From the human T2T-CHM13v2.0 reference genome, Homo sapiens, in the NCBI RefSeq assembly GCF_009914755.1, contig NC_060926.1: a DNA stretch of 64,000 bases, one strand, 5' to 3'. The notes under the pieces are model-generated. The model searched no databases. It worked only from the letters and a program-made list of their open reading frames with translations, and had not been told where the DNA came from. The first letter of the stretch is position 1. Every line of letters starts with the position of its first letter. A program made the position numbers and the translations under genes. This document shows positions 46,048 to 61,905 of the stretch, in pieces.

Positions 46048-47779
46048 TTATTTATATTTGATCTTGAAATTTGTTCTAATGCCTACAACTCCCACATTTT
46101 TGAAAATGTATATACTTTAAATTTATCAGAGGCTAGGGTATTTAATTCCATCTTTGAGAACCTTGGTTTGGAATAAATCATGGAAAGTAATATTATATAT
46201 AATTTTTCCAACATAGCCTGTCCTATTTTATGATTTCCTCCAAAGATGCTGTCCATTATCTTCTTGCTCTGTCAGATCCAACTTTCTGCTGTTTGCTGTT
46301 TCTATGACAACCATCATTTTGGCTTGGAGAGATTAGTACATATTCTGGATATATATACATTTATAGATATATATTTCAAGAACTCTTTACTTGCCAAAAG
46401 AATTGATTAGGCTTCCCATTATAGTGGTCATTAATCAGTTATAATGAAATGCTATGCTAAGATCATGGTTACATAAGACAGATGTCATACTTTTGGCTTA
46501 GATTTTTATAAATAGGCATAAAGCTAGAGAGGCTGCAAAAGGAAACCTAGGGAGTTAAGTTAACTGAGTAATTCATGAACATTAATAAGAAAAGTTATGT
46601 GTTTTTAAAATGCCCTTCAATGTCTGATAAACAAATGTTTCATTGAAAAATTGAAGAATGGAGTCCAAAAAGGATAAACACAGCCTACATTAACATTATC
46701 ATTTTCAACAGAGTAGCTCTTCTGTAGTAGCTTTGTAGTGAGAGTATGGAAATGGTTGGAATTTATAATTACAATTATTTTAAGCTCCTTGATGGCAGGA
46801 CCTTTGTCCTATATTTCCCCCACATTGCTGAATGGGAGTAATCAGAATAGCGAGTGTTATTGAGCAGTTTATGATTTGGCAGGCATTGTGCTGAATGCTT
46901 TAAACAAATTATCTCATTTAATTCTCCTTACTTTAGTTGCTAAATATGTTTATTTTTGATTGGTATGTTCATGACTTTTTACTAAAAAAGATTCAATTGA
47001 TGAAATGTTTTCTTCATCTTAAGTATAACGTGAGTCAACTGAAATAGGCCAATTGTATAGCAATTATTAAGATTGTTAAATACAATTAGGGTCTCCTTCA
47101 ACAGGTCCAGATTTATTGAAAAAAAGTTTTCATATCAGATGTTCATGAAGATTCCAATTTATGCATACACTATTGCCAGTCTGAACTAGGTAACTTCCCA
47201 AACTCCTCATATAGTTTCATTAACCTTTAAATTTATTACTAAATCAGAATTCAGCGTTCTCATTTATTAGTAAATTAGAACATTGAAATATTTAGAGCTG
47301 ACGTATTTAATATTTCTTTGTTTCTTTAAAAAGCTGAAATGTAGAAAAAAGTTTTAGCTTTGAGGATGATTTTTACGGTATTTTTTCTTATGGTGAAAAA
47401 GTATACAGAACCTACATACTATGCAATTAGTTGAATAATCTTTGGAAAATCCACATAATTAATTATTATATAATCAACAAAAACAGCTGAACAAATGTAT
47501 CTACTGACATAAAAATATATTCACATTTATAAAGAAGTTTGCAAAATTATATTAATTTCATCAATGTTTATAAAATCTTAAATACGTGGTATAATAAGAT
47601 CCAGAAGGAAAAAGAAAAACACACATTTTCTATAGATGGTAATATTCAAAAAGTAGTAGAATTCTGGGTGTTTTTAAAAATCTCTATATATTTTCACAAT
47701 TTGTATTTATATGCTTTATCCTAACTAGATCTATTTTGTTATTATAATTGTTTTCTAGAATTTTCCACCAATATGATTA

Positions 47780-49340
47780 TTGCTGTTTATGACTTACTTG
47801 TAGATTAATCTTAGAGCAAATCTCTAAAGGTGGAAATCATAGTTAAAAGGGTATTGTTTTTAATTGCCCTCCAGAAGACTTTACCAATGTATATGCCCAC
47901 TTCTAATAAGTGAGTGCATATTTCCTCAACACCTTACCAAACACCTTACCAAAACTAGTTAGGTATTTTCTCTCTGTCTGTCTTCTGTCTGTCTAAATCT
48001 CTCTCTCTCCCCCACCTGCCACCGGCTCCCTCTCTCTCTCTTCCCCTGTCTCTCTCTCTCTCTCTGTGTATATATAAATACGTTCATATATGCACACATT
48101 ATAGACCCACACACATACATACATAGATTAATATGATTAGTGAAAACATGTACCAATGTTTGCACTTGAATTTCTCTGAATTGTAGGAAGCTAATTATTT
48201 ATGTATTTAATCATTTGCCTTGTGTATGTGTGTGTGTGTATGTGTGTGAATTGCCTATCCAGGTTTTTTATTATGATAGTGATTTTCTTTTTCATTGTTT
48301 TATAATATTAAGGATTAGTTATTTGGTGAATGCATATACAATATCTTTCCTATTTTGTCATTTTTCTTCTAACTCTATGTTTGCTAGTGAAATATATTTG
48401 TACTGTCAAATATATTATGAATTTAGCTTTAGGAACTGTTTAGGCAAACTTCTACTGCCCAGATCAATTGTACACAAATAATTGCTCCTAGGATTTTCAT
48501 AAATTTCTATATGTATTTAAATCTTTAGTCCATTTGAAAATTTTATTGGCATATTGTGTGAAATTTAGAGATAATTTTCCTGTTTTCCTAAAATCATATA
48601 TTGAATAATATATTATTTGTTATTTATTTGTGATTCTGTTCCTATGCTAAATTATCACATATAGTGTGATCATTGTTTGTGGTTTTCTTTTTATTACATG
48701 CTCTGGTTATTTTAAAACCAACATTAGTGTTATATTATGGCTTTGTAGTAGATTTCATTATCTCAGATGAGAGTTCTCAATTTTTCCTAACCCACCACTA
48801 TTAACAGAAAAACAGTACACTACCATACTCTTAAAGTTTAACATTATCTCACATGATTATTATTTAAATTTTAGAAGAATATTTTTAAGCTAATAAACAA
48901 ACTTGTTATGCCATTGGAATTACATTAAATATGTAGATTAATTTAGGCAACACATTAGATATCTTTTTGTATTTAACTATTATTTTATGCACAGCAGAAT
49001 TTTATGTTTTTCTTTTTGCAATGCCTATTCCCTGCTAAGTTTTTAACAATTGTTGTGTCTACTATGAAAGGGATTTTGTAATTATATGTTCTGAAAGGCT
49101 TTTTGGGTACTAGAAAGGGTATAGTGCTTTAAAAATGGAAATGCCTCCACCATTTCACCTTTAATTTAGTCATAGGATATACTTTGTCCTAAGTTAAGGA
49201 GATATTCTTCCATTAATTCTTTCTAATTAATAATGAATGTAAAGTTGTATCAGAATCTTAATAGTACATAGCAAGGTAATCCTATTTTGACCTATTAATA
49301 TGATAAAATGAAAAATATTCTTCCTAATATAAAACTATAA
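47780..49340 (-). mobile_element. Highly decayed L1M fragments with (CT)n and (TG)n microsatellites
   Basis: T-rich strand; taattgccctccagaagactttaccaatgtatatgcccac and ttggaattacattaaatatgtagattaatttagg resemble old L1 ORF2 reverse complement. Confidence 0.5.
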
Positions 49341-49574
49341 TTGCCTTTGACTCTATTTCATTGTAAATTAATTTATTTAATTTCACATGAGTATCTAATT
49401 AATCTGGCAATGTATGTGCATTAAGAGACCTTTAAAAATGTTCAAGATTATCTTAAAATACATTTTAAAAATACATTTCAAATTCACATAAAAAAGAGAT
49501 AATAAGATGAAAGTTACACAAGACAGCACTACCAATAACCCTCTTGCGTCTGATCCTTCATTTTAATGCTGAAT

Positions 49575-49790
49575 GTTTTTGAAACATATCATTTAATCCT
49601 CACAAAACAACATAAGAGGTGAGTAGGAATGGTAGTCCTAGCACAGTTTATTCTTGTGTGAAAGATAAGGAAACTGAGATGCAAAGGGGATAAGTAGCTT
49701 ATCTAAGTCCACACAGCTTATAAACGCTGGCATTAAAAACTTAAAACCGGCTCAAACTCCAGTGCCCGCACTGTTAACCACTATAGTATG
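49575..49790 (-). mobile_element. MIR fragment
   Basis: catttaatcctcacaaaacaac...gataaggaaactgagatgcaaaggggataagtagcttatctaagtccacacagct. Confidence 0.7.
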
Positions 49791-51189
49791 CTATACTTTC
49801 TATAAGAAAATAAAAATAATTTTTTCACTTCCATGCCATGTAACAAAACTGTTTTCAAAATCTTTAATTTAAAAAATTCTGCATTAAATACAAGCAGTCC
49901 TTTAGTTCTTATCTATAGTATTATTAATTAGAATAAAATGACGGTACCACTGGAAGTGCTAGAGATTGCAATTCTGATCGTTTAACCAACTATGCTGATT
50001 ACCATTAAAATTAGTTTTGTAAAATGCTAAAACTCTCATGTCCCTGCTTTTGGTCCCTCACATGACTGAAGAAATACAAATTCTTTACATATCTCAAGAG
50101 TTTGTTAAAATTCTATTTATGCAAGGGCTAATGGAGCACACCACATGTTAAAGACCACACTGAAGACGTATTGCTGCATATGAGCAGACTGAAAAGGATG
50201 TTTCTGTCCTAAGGAACTTATACTCTACTTGAGAAGTTCAGACTAATAGACATGACATGTTTTAGCATGCAACCATGCTAAAAAATATAATCGTCAACTA
50301 GTACATTGTATGGATTAGAGAAAAATTAACTCTCATTTTCAGAAAACTTCAACCTGGAGACAGTACATCATTAAATGGAAGTAAATTTTATGGGATTGGG
50401 GTTATAAATTCATTCTTCAAACAAAATGTTTCTTGACAAGTAAGATCTGATTCTCAGTTTTGGGAAGTCAAAACGAAAAAACAAGCAAGCAAAAACTACT
50501 AACCAACTTTGGGTTTCCAGTGATTTCTGTCCTATAAAGGAAAACCCATTTATTTCTGTCTATTTTCCACTTAATTGGAGAATAATAAAAAGATAAAGGC
50601 ATTGCTTGAAGTGGAAGAAGAAAAAACTCAAAACATTAGGTTTCAGGAGGCAAATAGATACAGAAGTTGACTGGGCCTCCTGTACCTTTTTTTTGCAAAT
50701 GGGTTAAACAATAAATTATTCACTTTATTTAAAAAAATCTTCAATTATTGAAGTAGGATAAAATAGAACAACACTGCTCTGTTTAGCATCTCATATTCTA
50801 TAGCTGCAGATGAACTTCAGATTCATTTTTGCTTCTTTGTAGTGAATTTTTGTTTTGATAGCCTTCATCTGGCATTAATCTGCATTCTTTTTGTCTGATT
50901 ACCAGACATGAATCAAGGAATACAACTGGCTTCTCTATCTTAAAAGGCTGCGAGGAATTACTTTTCTAACTTCCGGAGGTTTTTTTAATTTAAATTATTT
51001 ATTTAAGATAAAAGGGAGAGAATTCATTCAGTATTGTGGCAACAAGGCTTGTCAACATAACCACATTCATTTAATTTATCTTACTGGTAATACAAAACCA
51101 CAAGCATTCTTTAATTTCATTTCTTTTACTGGTAATACATGACATTTGTCCTAGCATTTCTTTAAAATAGTCAAAGTTAATGATTACGG

Positions 51190-52170
51190 TTATATTAGTC
51201 AAGACTTTTTATTGCAAGTGACGAAAGCCCTATACTATCTATCTTAGATAAAACAGAGATATCCTAGCTCATGTAATCGAGATAGTCAGGAGTAGTCACA
51301 TTAGGCCAAAATGGATTGGGGGTTCAAATGATACTCTCAATACCTACCCTGTCCATCATGACTTGGATCTCTCTTCACTGTGGGAAGGACTTATTTTCTC
51401 CTACCCATATATGGGATTACGGGTTCCCCAGATGATCTGCGGAAGATGTCTGTGTACTTATAGACATACATATTACTCTCTTCTTGAAGACAAGAAGGCA
51501 TCTCTTCCACCCCTAGCTCCAACAGTTTAGATCTCCAGGATTATTTTAATATGTCAAGTATGTGTCCATTTGTGCTCAGATAGGATCTCTGTCAAATTGC
51601 ATTTCCCAACTTCCATGCCTACTCCCTTCCAGATGGGTTCAGCAAATAAGATGCCTTGGTGGGAAAACGGAGGGCAGGGGTAAGGGATACACAAGAATAT
51701 TCTCACCAACCCATCCGTGCCTCAGATGATATATCTAGTGGCTGCCACATCTTCTCATGATTCAGGCCTTGTTGCAATGGCCCAACTTTTATATTCATAG
51801 CCCCCATGCAACAACCTCTCCAGGGATTCGGCTCCCAGAAGGCAGCACCCACTCTTGATCTCTGGTGACTTACATCGCCTCTTCCTTTGGGCCTCCAGTC
51901 TGAGGGGTGGCGGCATCTACCCACTGTTGCTAATATCTGAGTTTCTTTTTCCTTTTTTATTTGGGGTCTCAGCTCCCTCAAAACCATTGTAACTACTTCC
52001 TTGTATGAAATTTCTTCACACAGGAATCATTAGACCACCCGTCACGAACTCTATTTTCTAAACTGGAACCTGACTGACAACCCTAGCCTGGGCCGCATAC
52101 TCTTCACTGAATCAAACATTGTCACCAGTGGATGAGGTCCTTTGATTGACTGTCTCATTCATTTCTCCCT
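51190..52170. mobile_element. Old LTR cluster: MLT1-like LTR interrupted by an LTR33-like ERVL LTR (~51570-52080)
   Basis: tattagtcaagactttttattgcaagtgacgaaagccc (MLT1 end); tgcatttcccaacttcc...ggaaaacggagggcagg and ctggaacctgactgaca (LTR33-like); family names from recall. Confidence 0.5.
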
Positions 52171-53669
52171 TGTAGTGGTAACAAGAAAGGAGACATGGAA
52201 TATATTACTAGAAAAAATAGGAGGAAGAAAAATGTGTTGGGCCACCAATAACAATGGACCCCATATTAGTAATTCACTTTGATCTCGTAGTTCATAAACA
52301 TGAAAAAAAGCTAAACTAAATATTTTTTCAAAACAACACTGCAATAAAATTATTTGTAAGTGAATAGTGGAAATTACTCATAGCCAATTGCTTATTAAAT
52401 TTATAAATATTCTATCACATTCTGTTCCGTTTTTTAATTTTCTGGTTAATAAAAAGAACTAATATATTGAGGATATGTTGTAAGTCCCATGATATAAAAA
52501 TAAGTAAAATGTTTTACTTATTTTCACTATATAGTATAAAATCAGAGTTCATATGCCCATATGAGAAATGAAGAGACTGATGTTAAGTAATTTGTTAAAA
52601 GTCACAGAGGTTAGAAATTTCCAAAATATGGCAACCTCTGTTTTTTGGTACCCCAGAACCTAAGCATCTTTTATTACATCATCATGCCACTAATATTTCT
52701 CTCTTGAACAGCATTGAATCTGCAGTTCTCTAATTATATTTTTAAAAAATCTTCATTTAGGGCTCCTCTGTATTCACCCTATGGTAAAATCACTTTATCA
52801 TAAAGGCATCTATTGTGATGCCTATTTATACAAAGAGACTTCTGTGATAAAATTCCCTCATGTGATATCCAGAATGGATATCATACATTTTTTCCTTTAT
52901 TTACACTTTATATTTCACATTGGCATTACGTACTCCATGTTGTTACAAACAGACCAATTTGGGGTCAGACTAATTACATGATTATATACCCTTCTGTCTG
53001 CCACAACATGCAATGCTTCTGGGGCGTAATGAAAGTACTTAAACATGTATAAATACTTATTAGGTGCTCAGCACTTTCTACAGGGGACTGTTTGGGATAC
53101 TCCTAACATCTTATTGTGGCAGAAAAGATACGGACATATTATTGTTAGAAAGCCTGTGGTTTGTTCCACATTTTTTAAGAGAATAAAACTTGTCAGGGCA
53201 GCCCTAGCAACCATTCAAGAGCTTATTTGGGCATTCTTGTTCTCCAGGACAAAAATCGCATGGTTTCCATGCAGGAACATATCCATGATAACACTTAAGG
53301 TAGGTGCCATCGACTGCTTGATTAACTAAAAGTTGAGCTAACCAATTATGTAAAGGTCTCCGTCTTTTATTCCTATCAGTGGATGTCAGTTTTTCTTTTT
53401 TTAGAATCGATTTCTATTTTCTGCAGCTGAACATGAAAGTACACTGACTAACATAGTCTGCAGTTTAGCTGTGTTCCCAGGACCATCTGTAAGAATTTAT
53501 GCATTTCCTGGGAATCTGATCAATTCTACCGGCAATTCTGTTTTCTTTGTAAGATTAAGTAACCCTGCAATTAATTTTATATTTAAAAGTTGATGTTTCT
53601 TTGAAAAAATTGTGAGCCCCATGTCCAAAAGACATTCTGTACTTTAAAATTGACTTCCCTGAATAAGTC

Positions 53670-54390
53670 TCTTTTATGCACACATACAAAGAATTTTATG
53701 TTAAAAGCATGGATATCATCATACCACAGACTTCGTTTAATATTTCTTCCTTTCTTTCTTCTTTTTTATTTTTTGGCTTGACTTCTCCATCTTCTTCCCC
53801 TCTGTCCTTCATTCACATCTCTTGCCCCTGCGAGTAACTCTTATTGACAACCTGGTTTATATTCTTTCATGTGTTTTTAAAATATTGAATAATCATAAAC
53901 ATTTACATATTCTAAGAGGAATTTTTAGTCAAAAAATGGATTATATTTTCTCTGAGGGTTTTCTGTCAAAAAAACAGATCATATCTATACATTTTTCTTC
54001 ATCTTGGTTTTCTCATTGGACAGCACCTTATGGAAATTCCCCAAGTTATTTGTCATAGCTGTATTTTAGTAACTTTTATTTGTTTAATAATTTCATAATA
54101 TTACAAGGTATGGACATTTAACAGTTTAGTCTGTCTTTCCCCTATGGGTGCTCATTTGTTTCGGGTTAGTTTTTATGTTACTATGAAAAAGGCTATAATA
54201 TATATTCTTTAAAAAATATCCTTATAGACTTATACTTCACCTTTTATGAGACAGACATTTATGGACTAACACTGACTTAACAGATATTAGCATATTGCTT
54301 TTTCCAAATGGCAGTAAAATACATACTCCTATCAGCTTTGGATAAGATTATACTTTTTCCCATAAATACCAAGTAATAGGTGTTTATCCA
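53670..54390 (-). mobile_element. Decayed L1ME-like fragment
   Basis: gtaactcttattgacaacctggtttatattctt...tttccaaatggcagtaaaatacatactcctatcagc. Confidence 0.45.
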
Positions 54391-54399
54391 TTCAACAAG

Positions 54400-57370
54400 A
54401 GAAAGCCCCTCCCCTCATGATGTCTACATTAGTCATCAAGATGGATAATAACTAAATAGCTCTATAAAGTCACAAATGTGCTGTGAGGAAAAATAAAATA
54501 GGGTTAAGGAATAGGAATGGGGATAACTATTTTAAATAAAGATGTTTATATAAGGCCACTCCAAAGAGAATATTTTGGGGGCTCAATGAAGTGAGGGAGT
54601 AGGCCATGTAATATGTGGGGTAGGAGGAGGCTTCCAGGAGAAATAATAACAAATGTAAGATGTCAGAAAAGAGCTTGACACTTGTGTGAAGACTGGATTC
54701 GAAGTTATTGTCAGGTAGTGGAAGTGAAAGATGTGGGGACTTGGCCTAAGGTGGTAGCTGTGGAGATGATGAGAAGTGGTCAGATTGAGGATGCATCTTG
54801 AAGGCAGAGCTGAAAGGCAATGCTGATTGTTTGGCTGTGGGGTGTGAGAGAAAGACATGAACATGAATTATTTATAGGCTTTTTACAATAAGCATTTTAT
54901 TTTCAAATAATGTTAGAGTTTTGAAAAAGTTGCAAAAATATCACAGAGAGTTCCCATGCACCCTTTGCTCAGCTTCCCCCAGTGTTAACCTCTTACATAA
55001 CAATAGCACACTTGTCAAAGTAAGAAATTACCACTCGGTATCATGCTATTAAACAAGGTACAGACTCTTCAGCTTTCACATTTTACCCATGAATATTCTT
55101 TTTTTGATACAGGATCCAATCAAGGATACCACATTGAATTCGGTCATCATGTCTCCTTAGTCTCACTGAGGTGTGACAGTGACTGTCTTTCCTTGTTTTT
55201 TATTATCCTGATTTTTTGAAGAGCTTGAGTCAAGTTATTTTAGAATGTTCCTCAATCTTAGTTTTCTCTGATGTTTTCTAATGATTAGACTTCGGGTAAG
55301 GGTTTTTGGGAAGAACACCAGAGAAGTAAAGTACTCTTCATATTGAATCATATCGGGGATATATAATATCAGCATAATGTATCACTGGTAATATTCACGT
55401 TAGTCAGTTGGTTGAGATAGTGTCTGCAAGATTTATCCACTGTAGCATTACTATTTTTATTTTTTCACGCTCTGTTTTTTTGAAATAACTAACCCAACCC
55501 AGGTCACACTCAAGGTCGATGGTGGTGATCAAGCTTTGCTTCTTAAATGGGGATGATCTGTATATGTTCTTTGGAAACTTTTTGTAAGGAACAGTTTTTC
55601 TCTTCTCTCTCATTTACTTGTTTACTCAGTCATTTATTTAGATCCATATAGACTCATATATATTTATTTTTTCTTGGGATTATAATATAACACTACCATT
55701 AATATTTGTTGCCTCAGCTATTTCAACTCTGACCATTGAGAGCTCTTTCAGGTTTGCTCTTGTATCCTTTTGACATGCCCTGGTCTATCCTATTTTTCTT
55801 CTTCCTTACTTTCTGGTATTTACACAATGTTTCAGGTTCATCTTGTATTTCCTCTTTCCTGGTCCTAAAATCAGCCATTTTCACTAAGGAGCTAGGTTTT
55901 AATTGAGCACTTTAGTAAATGATAATGCCATTTCCTGATATAAAGAAGCCCAGAGAGGGTAGAAGCCTGGATTATGTGTCTTCTGTCCTTTGTTCCTTAT
56001 TACTTATTATTGTTATTTTTTGGACATACTATGTTTGAGAAGCCTATTGGCCATTCAAATGGAGTTGCAGAATAGAGTAAACAGTAGATATGAGTCTAAA
56101 GCTCAGAGAAGAGGTTCAGGTTAGAGATCTAAATTTTGGATTCATCAATAAATGGTGCTACTTAAAGACATGGGATTGGGTTTGATTTCCTTGGACAGTG
56201 TCAGAGAAGTCTCAGAACTGAATCTGCTAAAGGATGTAGAGTTCAGGAAGAATGGAAGAAATCAGGCAAAGGAGTTGAGAAAGAGCAGCAAATGAGGTAG
56301 GAAATAAACTAGGATTGTGTGGTATCCTAGAAGCCAAGTGAAGAAATACATCAAGAAAGGAAAAGTGATTATCAGAGTCAAGTTCTGTTGAGAGATTGAG
56401 GAAGATAATGACAGAACTTACCATTGGATTTGGCAATATTCAAGTTCACTGCTGACCTCGATAAGTGTTATTTCAGTAGAGCTGTGGAAATGAAGCCTAA
56501 TTGAGAGGAATTCAATGTAGAATTGCAGCTGAGGAATGGAGAATGCACTCTTTAAAAAAGTTTGTTAAAAAACAGACCAGAGAATTAGGGTGATAGTGAG
56601 ATGGGGAGCTGATGAAAAAGAAAATAACGATTTTAAGATGGGAGATATTATAACATATTTGCATACAAATGGGCATAATCTAGTAAAATGGAGAAAAATG
56701 ATGATGTGGAAGACAGAGGGTATAATTGAAGTCGTGAAAACCTAAGTTGGTGAGAGGAAATGGAATCTAAGTCTTAAGAGAAGGGGTTGGCCTTAGGGAG
56801 GAGAAGGATGTTTCTTCATCATAACATGATTGAAGACAGACTACATGATCACAAATGCCAAGTGTATAGAGGATACAGTGATAGAAAAAAGGGAGGAAGT
56901 TTAACTGTGGCTCTTTCCATTTTCTTAGAAGCAGTATCATGAACTGAGAGTGAGGAGGTGGGAAGGAATGTGGGATGGTTGAAGAGGCAAAGGTGTCTCT
57001 TTGAGCGATATCATAGAGCCAAGCCATGAATTATCAAAGAAAGTGTGATAAGATTGCCAGGCACTACAGGGGACCCACTTATGTTTGTGGTCATATGCCA
57101 AAAGTTATGTCTTGTTTTCATGTATCCTACATTTTCTCTAGTTGCAGTCATCTGTTTAGCTTCCAGGGGGCAGGTTCATAGCAGGAGGAGAACTGAATTT
57201 AATCAGGTGGGTTTTTTTGTCACACTAGTTTGAAGAAGAGAGAGAGAAAGGCCTTGGAGGTGAGTGTATGTGCAAGGGAAAGACTAGCATGATGAATAAT
57301 GGTATTTAGTTAAACTCTAAATTCAGTAAGTGAGGAAGTGTGAGCATTTGTGGAATGAGTGAAAAATGTG
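54400..57370 (-). mobile_element. Long L2 remnant split by an L1MC/MD insertion
   Basis: Purine-rich L2 reverse complement: ggtggtagctgtggagatgatgagaagtggtcagattgaggatgcatcttgaagg; gtggtatcctagaagccaagtgaagaa; ccattggatttggcaatattcaagttcactgctgacctcg. Confidence 0.7.
54885..55900 (-). mobile_element. L1MC/L1MD 3' end fragment
   Basis: aaagttgcaaaaatatcacagagagttcccatgcaccctttgctcagcttccccc...caggatccaatcaaggataccacattgaatt. Confidence 0.7.
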
Positions 57371-58111
57371 TTCAGGTCAAGAAAATTTTTTATTAGTGAA
57401 GTATATCATTTAAGTAATGTGGAGACCTATGTTATAAAGCTTCTGTAAGGCTTTATACCCTGTTGATCTTATTTACCTTTTCCAGTGGTAGAACTTGAAA
57501 CATGTTTTTCAATCCCTTCTGTGGTAATCTGTCTAGTCTAGTTTGTACCTCTTCTAGGGCCAGTCTTACCAATTTACAATTTTCTGGAAAATCATCTACT
57601 TCCTTAAGTTTTATAATTTTTACCTAAATTGTCACCTAGATTCTCTTATAATTCTAACAGATTTCCAGAAATTGTAATACCTCTTCCTATGCCTTTAAAT
57701 AGAGAATTATTACCTGAACAATTTTAGAAAATTGTTTGCACATTTTTGAACACGGGTGATTGAATGGAAGAATCCATGGTGACCACCTCATCTATAAATA
57801 GTCTAAGATTAATTTGGTTATATAACTCTTGTGCACTTTACTGAAATAGAATGACTAAGTACTATTATTCTTTTGGAAACATTTTTTGTCATGTAATAAT
57901 GTTTCTTATATTTCAACATATGTGAAAACAATGGAAATTCATTTTTGTTGTTTGGTAGACGAATTGATTATGGGCTGCAATATTTTTGTTAGCTGTACTT
58001 CAACATGTATGTGAAGGCACAAAATTGGAGTGGTATTGATATCTTAAAAAGAATTATAAATAGAATTAATATGACTGTCAGTGAAGTTTCTTCTCTTAAA
58101 AAGATAGGGTC

Positions 58112-58444
<333 letters not shown>

Positions 58445-59992
58445 CTAGATTTCTTTGCCCCAGGCCCTTTGCTCTGTCAGGAAACTGTCCTTCAGAGTAA
58501 ATGATGCTTGTGCTGGTTGCAGGCATATTAATTATGCAATGCTGTATTTTGAGATGCAATTGCAGATGCAATTAAACTATTTCACTGAATTTACAAGTTT
58601 TATTATCACTTGAGAACACCAGACAATTACTCCACTTGTGTTCATAGACCATCATTCCCTTTTGACGTATTTGGGTTGTGATGTGTGCCAGGCTTCCAGA
58701 CAAGCAGAAGTCGTCAACTTAGAGGTCTCAAATTCTGTGATTCCGACAGGAACAGATTTATTCTCAAAACCCCAACATTGGCAAAAGAGATTTTTTTAAA
58801 GGCAGGAACAAGATGACAGCCTTTCAAACAAGTTCTATTTCTTTATAGCTTATCACCGAATCATCTATTAAAAATATTACAAGCTAATTTTATAGTTTAG
58901 TCAATGCTATCATTGGGATGTGACCTTCAGTGATCTCAGTGCTGGCTGGCTTGGCTGCTGACTGAAACATACCAGCAATAGCTATGTGCCTCACTGACCT
59001 ACTAAAGGTACCCTTTTAGAGAAAATGTTGAAAACATGGAAGAGTGCCTTGACCATTGCCAATCAAGATAGCAGCTGGGATTTGCAGGACAATTTGCAGT
59101 GATTTCCAAGGGCAACCAGGAAGCCAAAGAGGCTGGAACAAGGAGGTTGTCTTTACTTTCCCCATCAGCATTGCAATATTGAAGGAATTTCCACAAGTTA
59201 AAAAACTGGTTCTAGATGACTTTCTCAATTAAGCCCCAAATATTAGAAAAGAGCAGATGTGAATCATAAGAGTTAGATGCACATTTCTAAATGATGATAT
59301 GGGTTTATGTCAGTTTTATTTTTCATTAAAGTTATATTCAGACATCTGACCCTGGGCTTCTTTAAATGAGCATAACAAAGTTGTTTGAAGACAAATGATG
59401 TTATATTTATATAAGTATACAGTTATCAGTCTTCTACAAGTTTTAAACTCCTCAAACATTTTTTATAATACCAGGAATGATTATATTTATCCTTGAATCA
59501 GCTGTAGAGGACATTTGTCCCTGCTAAGCCCAACCATAGGGCGTGGATCCCACTCACAGGTGGTATGAAAAGGCAGTGTTGAGGCTATCCAATTTGGTTG
59601 TGATCACCTCATAAAGGCAAGATTCCAGGAAAAATGGCAGTTCCCGCTGATCTTCTGTGATGTGCCCAGGGGGGCCTGCAAAGGAAGAGTAGCTGCCCCT
59701 TAATCTTCCTGAGGTACATTACATCCCCGGATGATTCCTCTACAAAGTTGCCTCAGGGTGAGCGCTGTAGATCTTAGCACAACTTTTAAAATTCTGTCTC
59801 TCACATGTGTGCACACATACTTTGTTTTAACACAGTCTTACACAGTCAGTGTCCCCAGGTAACATCCACCCAGCACAGGTGCTAAACTGGAATGGTCACC
59901 TGCATCAACTACTGTGCATTGTGCACAGAACAGGCATTAAGCACCAGATCCCCAATACTTGGACCTTTGCATTGAATATGTCATTCTTCCCA

Positions 59993-60135
59993 ACTCCTCC
60001 TCCTGCTCCTTCTCCTCCTGCTCCTCCTCCTCCTTAAACATTTTTTTAGAGGCTGGTCTCGGATTTCTGGTCTCAAGTGAACCTCCCATCTCAGCCTCCA
60101 GAGTAGCTGAGGTTACAAGGCTTGCACCACCACAC
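59993..60135. repeat. (CCT)n-like repeat followed by a degenerate minus-strand Alu monomer fragment
   Basis: ctcctcctcctgctccttctcctcctgctcctcctcctcc; aggctggtctcggatttctggtctcaagtgaacctcccatctcagcctcc. Confidence 0.7.
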
Positions 60136-60326
60136 ACAGTAACTCCTTCTTCCTTTTCGGTAGACTTCACCCTAGTGGCTTCACTGGCCTTAGTTAGGGT
60201 CAGTTTTATGCATGAGATTTATTTTTATATCCTTGACTTTCAAACAGGTTAGAGTTTGAATTCCTTTCTTCTATAGGCCAGGGTACCTTTGCCTCTGTCT
60301 AAATTATAGGTTAGTTATAGATACGT

Positions 60327-60640
60327 GGCCAAGCGCTGTGGCTCACGCCTGTAATCCCAGCGCTTTGGGAGGCCGAGACGGGCGGATCATGAGGTCAGGA
60401 GTTTGAGACCAGCCTGGCCAACATGGTGAAACCCCGTCTCAACTAAAGATACAAAAAAAAATATTAGCCAGGTGTGCTGGTGCACGCCTGTAGTCCCAGC
60501 TACTTGGGAGGCTGAGGCAGGAGAATCGCTTGAACTGGGAGGTGGAGGTTGCAGTGAGCCAGTTGCACCAGTGCACTCTAGCCTGGGTGACAGGGCAAGA
60601 CTCCATCTCAAAAAAAAAAAATACATATATATATATATAT
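60327..60640 (+). mobile_element. AluS-like with A/(TA)n tail
   Basis: ggccaagcgctgtggctcacgcctgtaatcccagc...gactccatctcaaaaaaaaaaaa. Confidence 0.95.
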
Positions 60641-61044
60641 CTGTAAATTTAGATCACTAGATTTCTCAATATTTTTGCTTTCCTCAATAGAATATCTTAA
60701 TGCCTAAAGAAAGACTTTTATTTATTTGGCTGTCAAATACAATTATGTTTTTGAATTTCAACTTTAATAATGGGTAGTCAAAAACACGTAATTTTTTTCT
60801 TTAGATTTAGTTACAGATCACAAATATAGTCAGTTTTCTTGTTTGTAAAATAGGCAGCTTGAACGAAATAGCATCCTCATTTTCTTTTTATGGCAGCAGA
60901 AACTTTTATTTCTAGGATGAAATTTTAAATGGTATCTTAATAAGAAATTACATTTAATAAGGAATTTATTTTCACTAACGAGAAAAGTTGACCTTAAATT
61001 ATGAATGCTATTTATAGACATATGCAACTCAACATCTAATTTAA

Positions 61045-61389
<345 letters not shown>

Positions 61390-61619
61390 ACAAATATTTT
61401 ATAACTTTTTAAAGTCTATATTCAGTGGACACAAACAGAGATCTGTTTGTATGCTTGCTTGCTGCTTGCTTGTTGGTTTTTAATTTCTTGAACTGTAATC
61501 TCAGGATATTCATCTTTAACAGAGAAAACAGGAAAAGCTCCATTCTTAGATGTTGCTCAAAATAAGTGCAAAGGATGATTCAAGTTATATCTTCATTGGT
61601 CTTCAGTATGCCATCATTT

Positions 61620-61905
61620 GAATGTATAATGTTCTCAATAGAATTTTAAGATATTTAAAATTATACCTAAAATTGTACGGCAAGGTGACTATAGTTAATG
61701 ATGCTATATTGTATTTTTGAAAAACGTACAGAGAGGTTGCTGTACACTCTCACCACAAAAATGATAACAATATGAGGTAGTATAATTTATTAATTAGCTA
61801 GAATTAACTATTCCATAATGCATATATACTTCAAAACATGTTGTAAATGATAAAAACATACAATGTTATCTGTCAATTTTTTAAAAACCTAAAAATAATT
61901 AAAAA
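61620..61905 (+). mobile_element. L1MA-like 3' terminal fragment
   Basis: aggtgactatagttaatgatgctatattgtatttttgaaa...ctcaccacaaaaatgataac...ttccataatgcatatatacttcaaaacatgttgta. Confidence 0.75.
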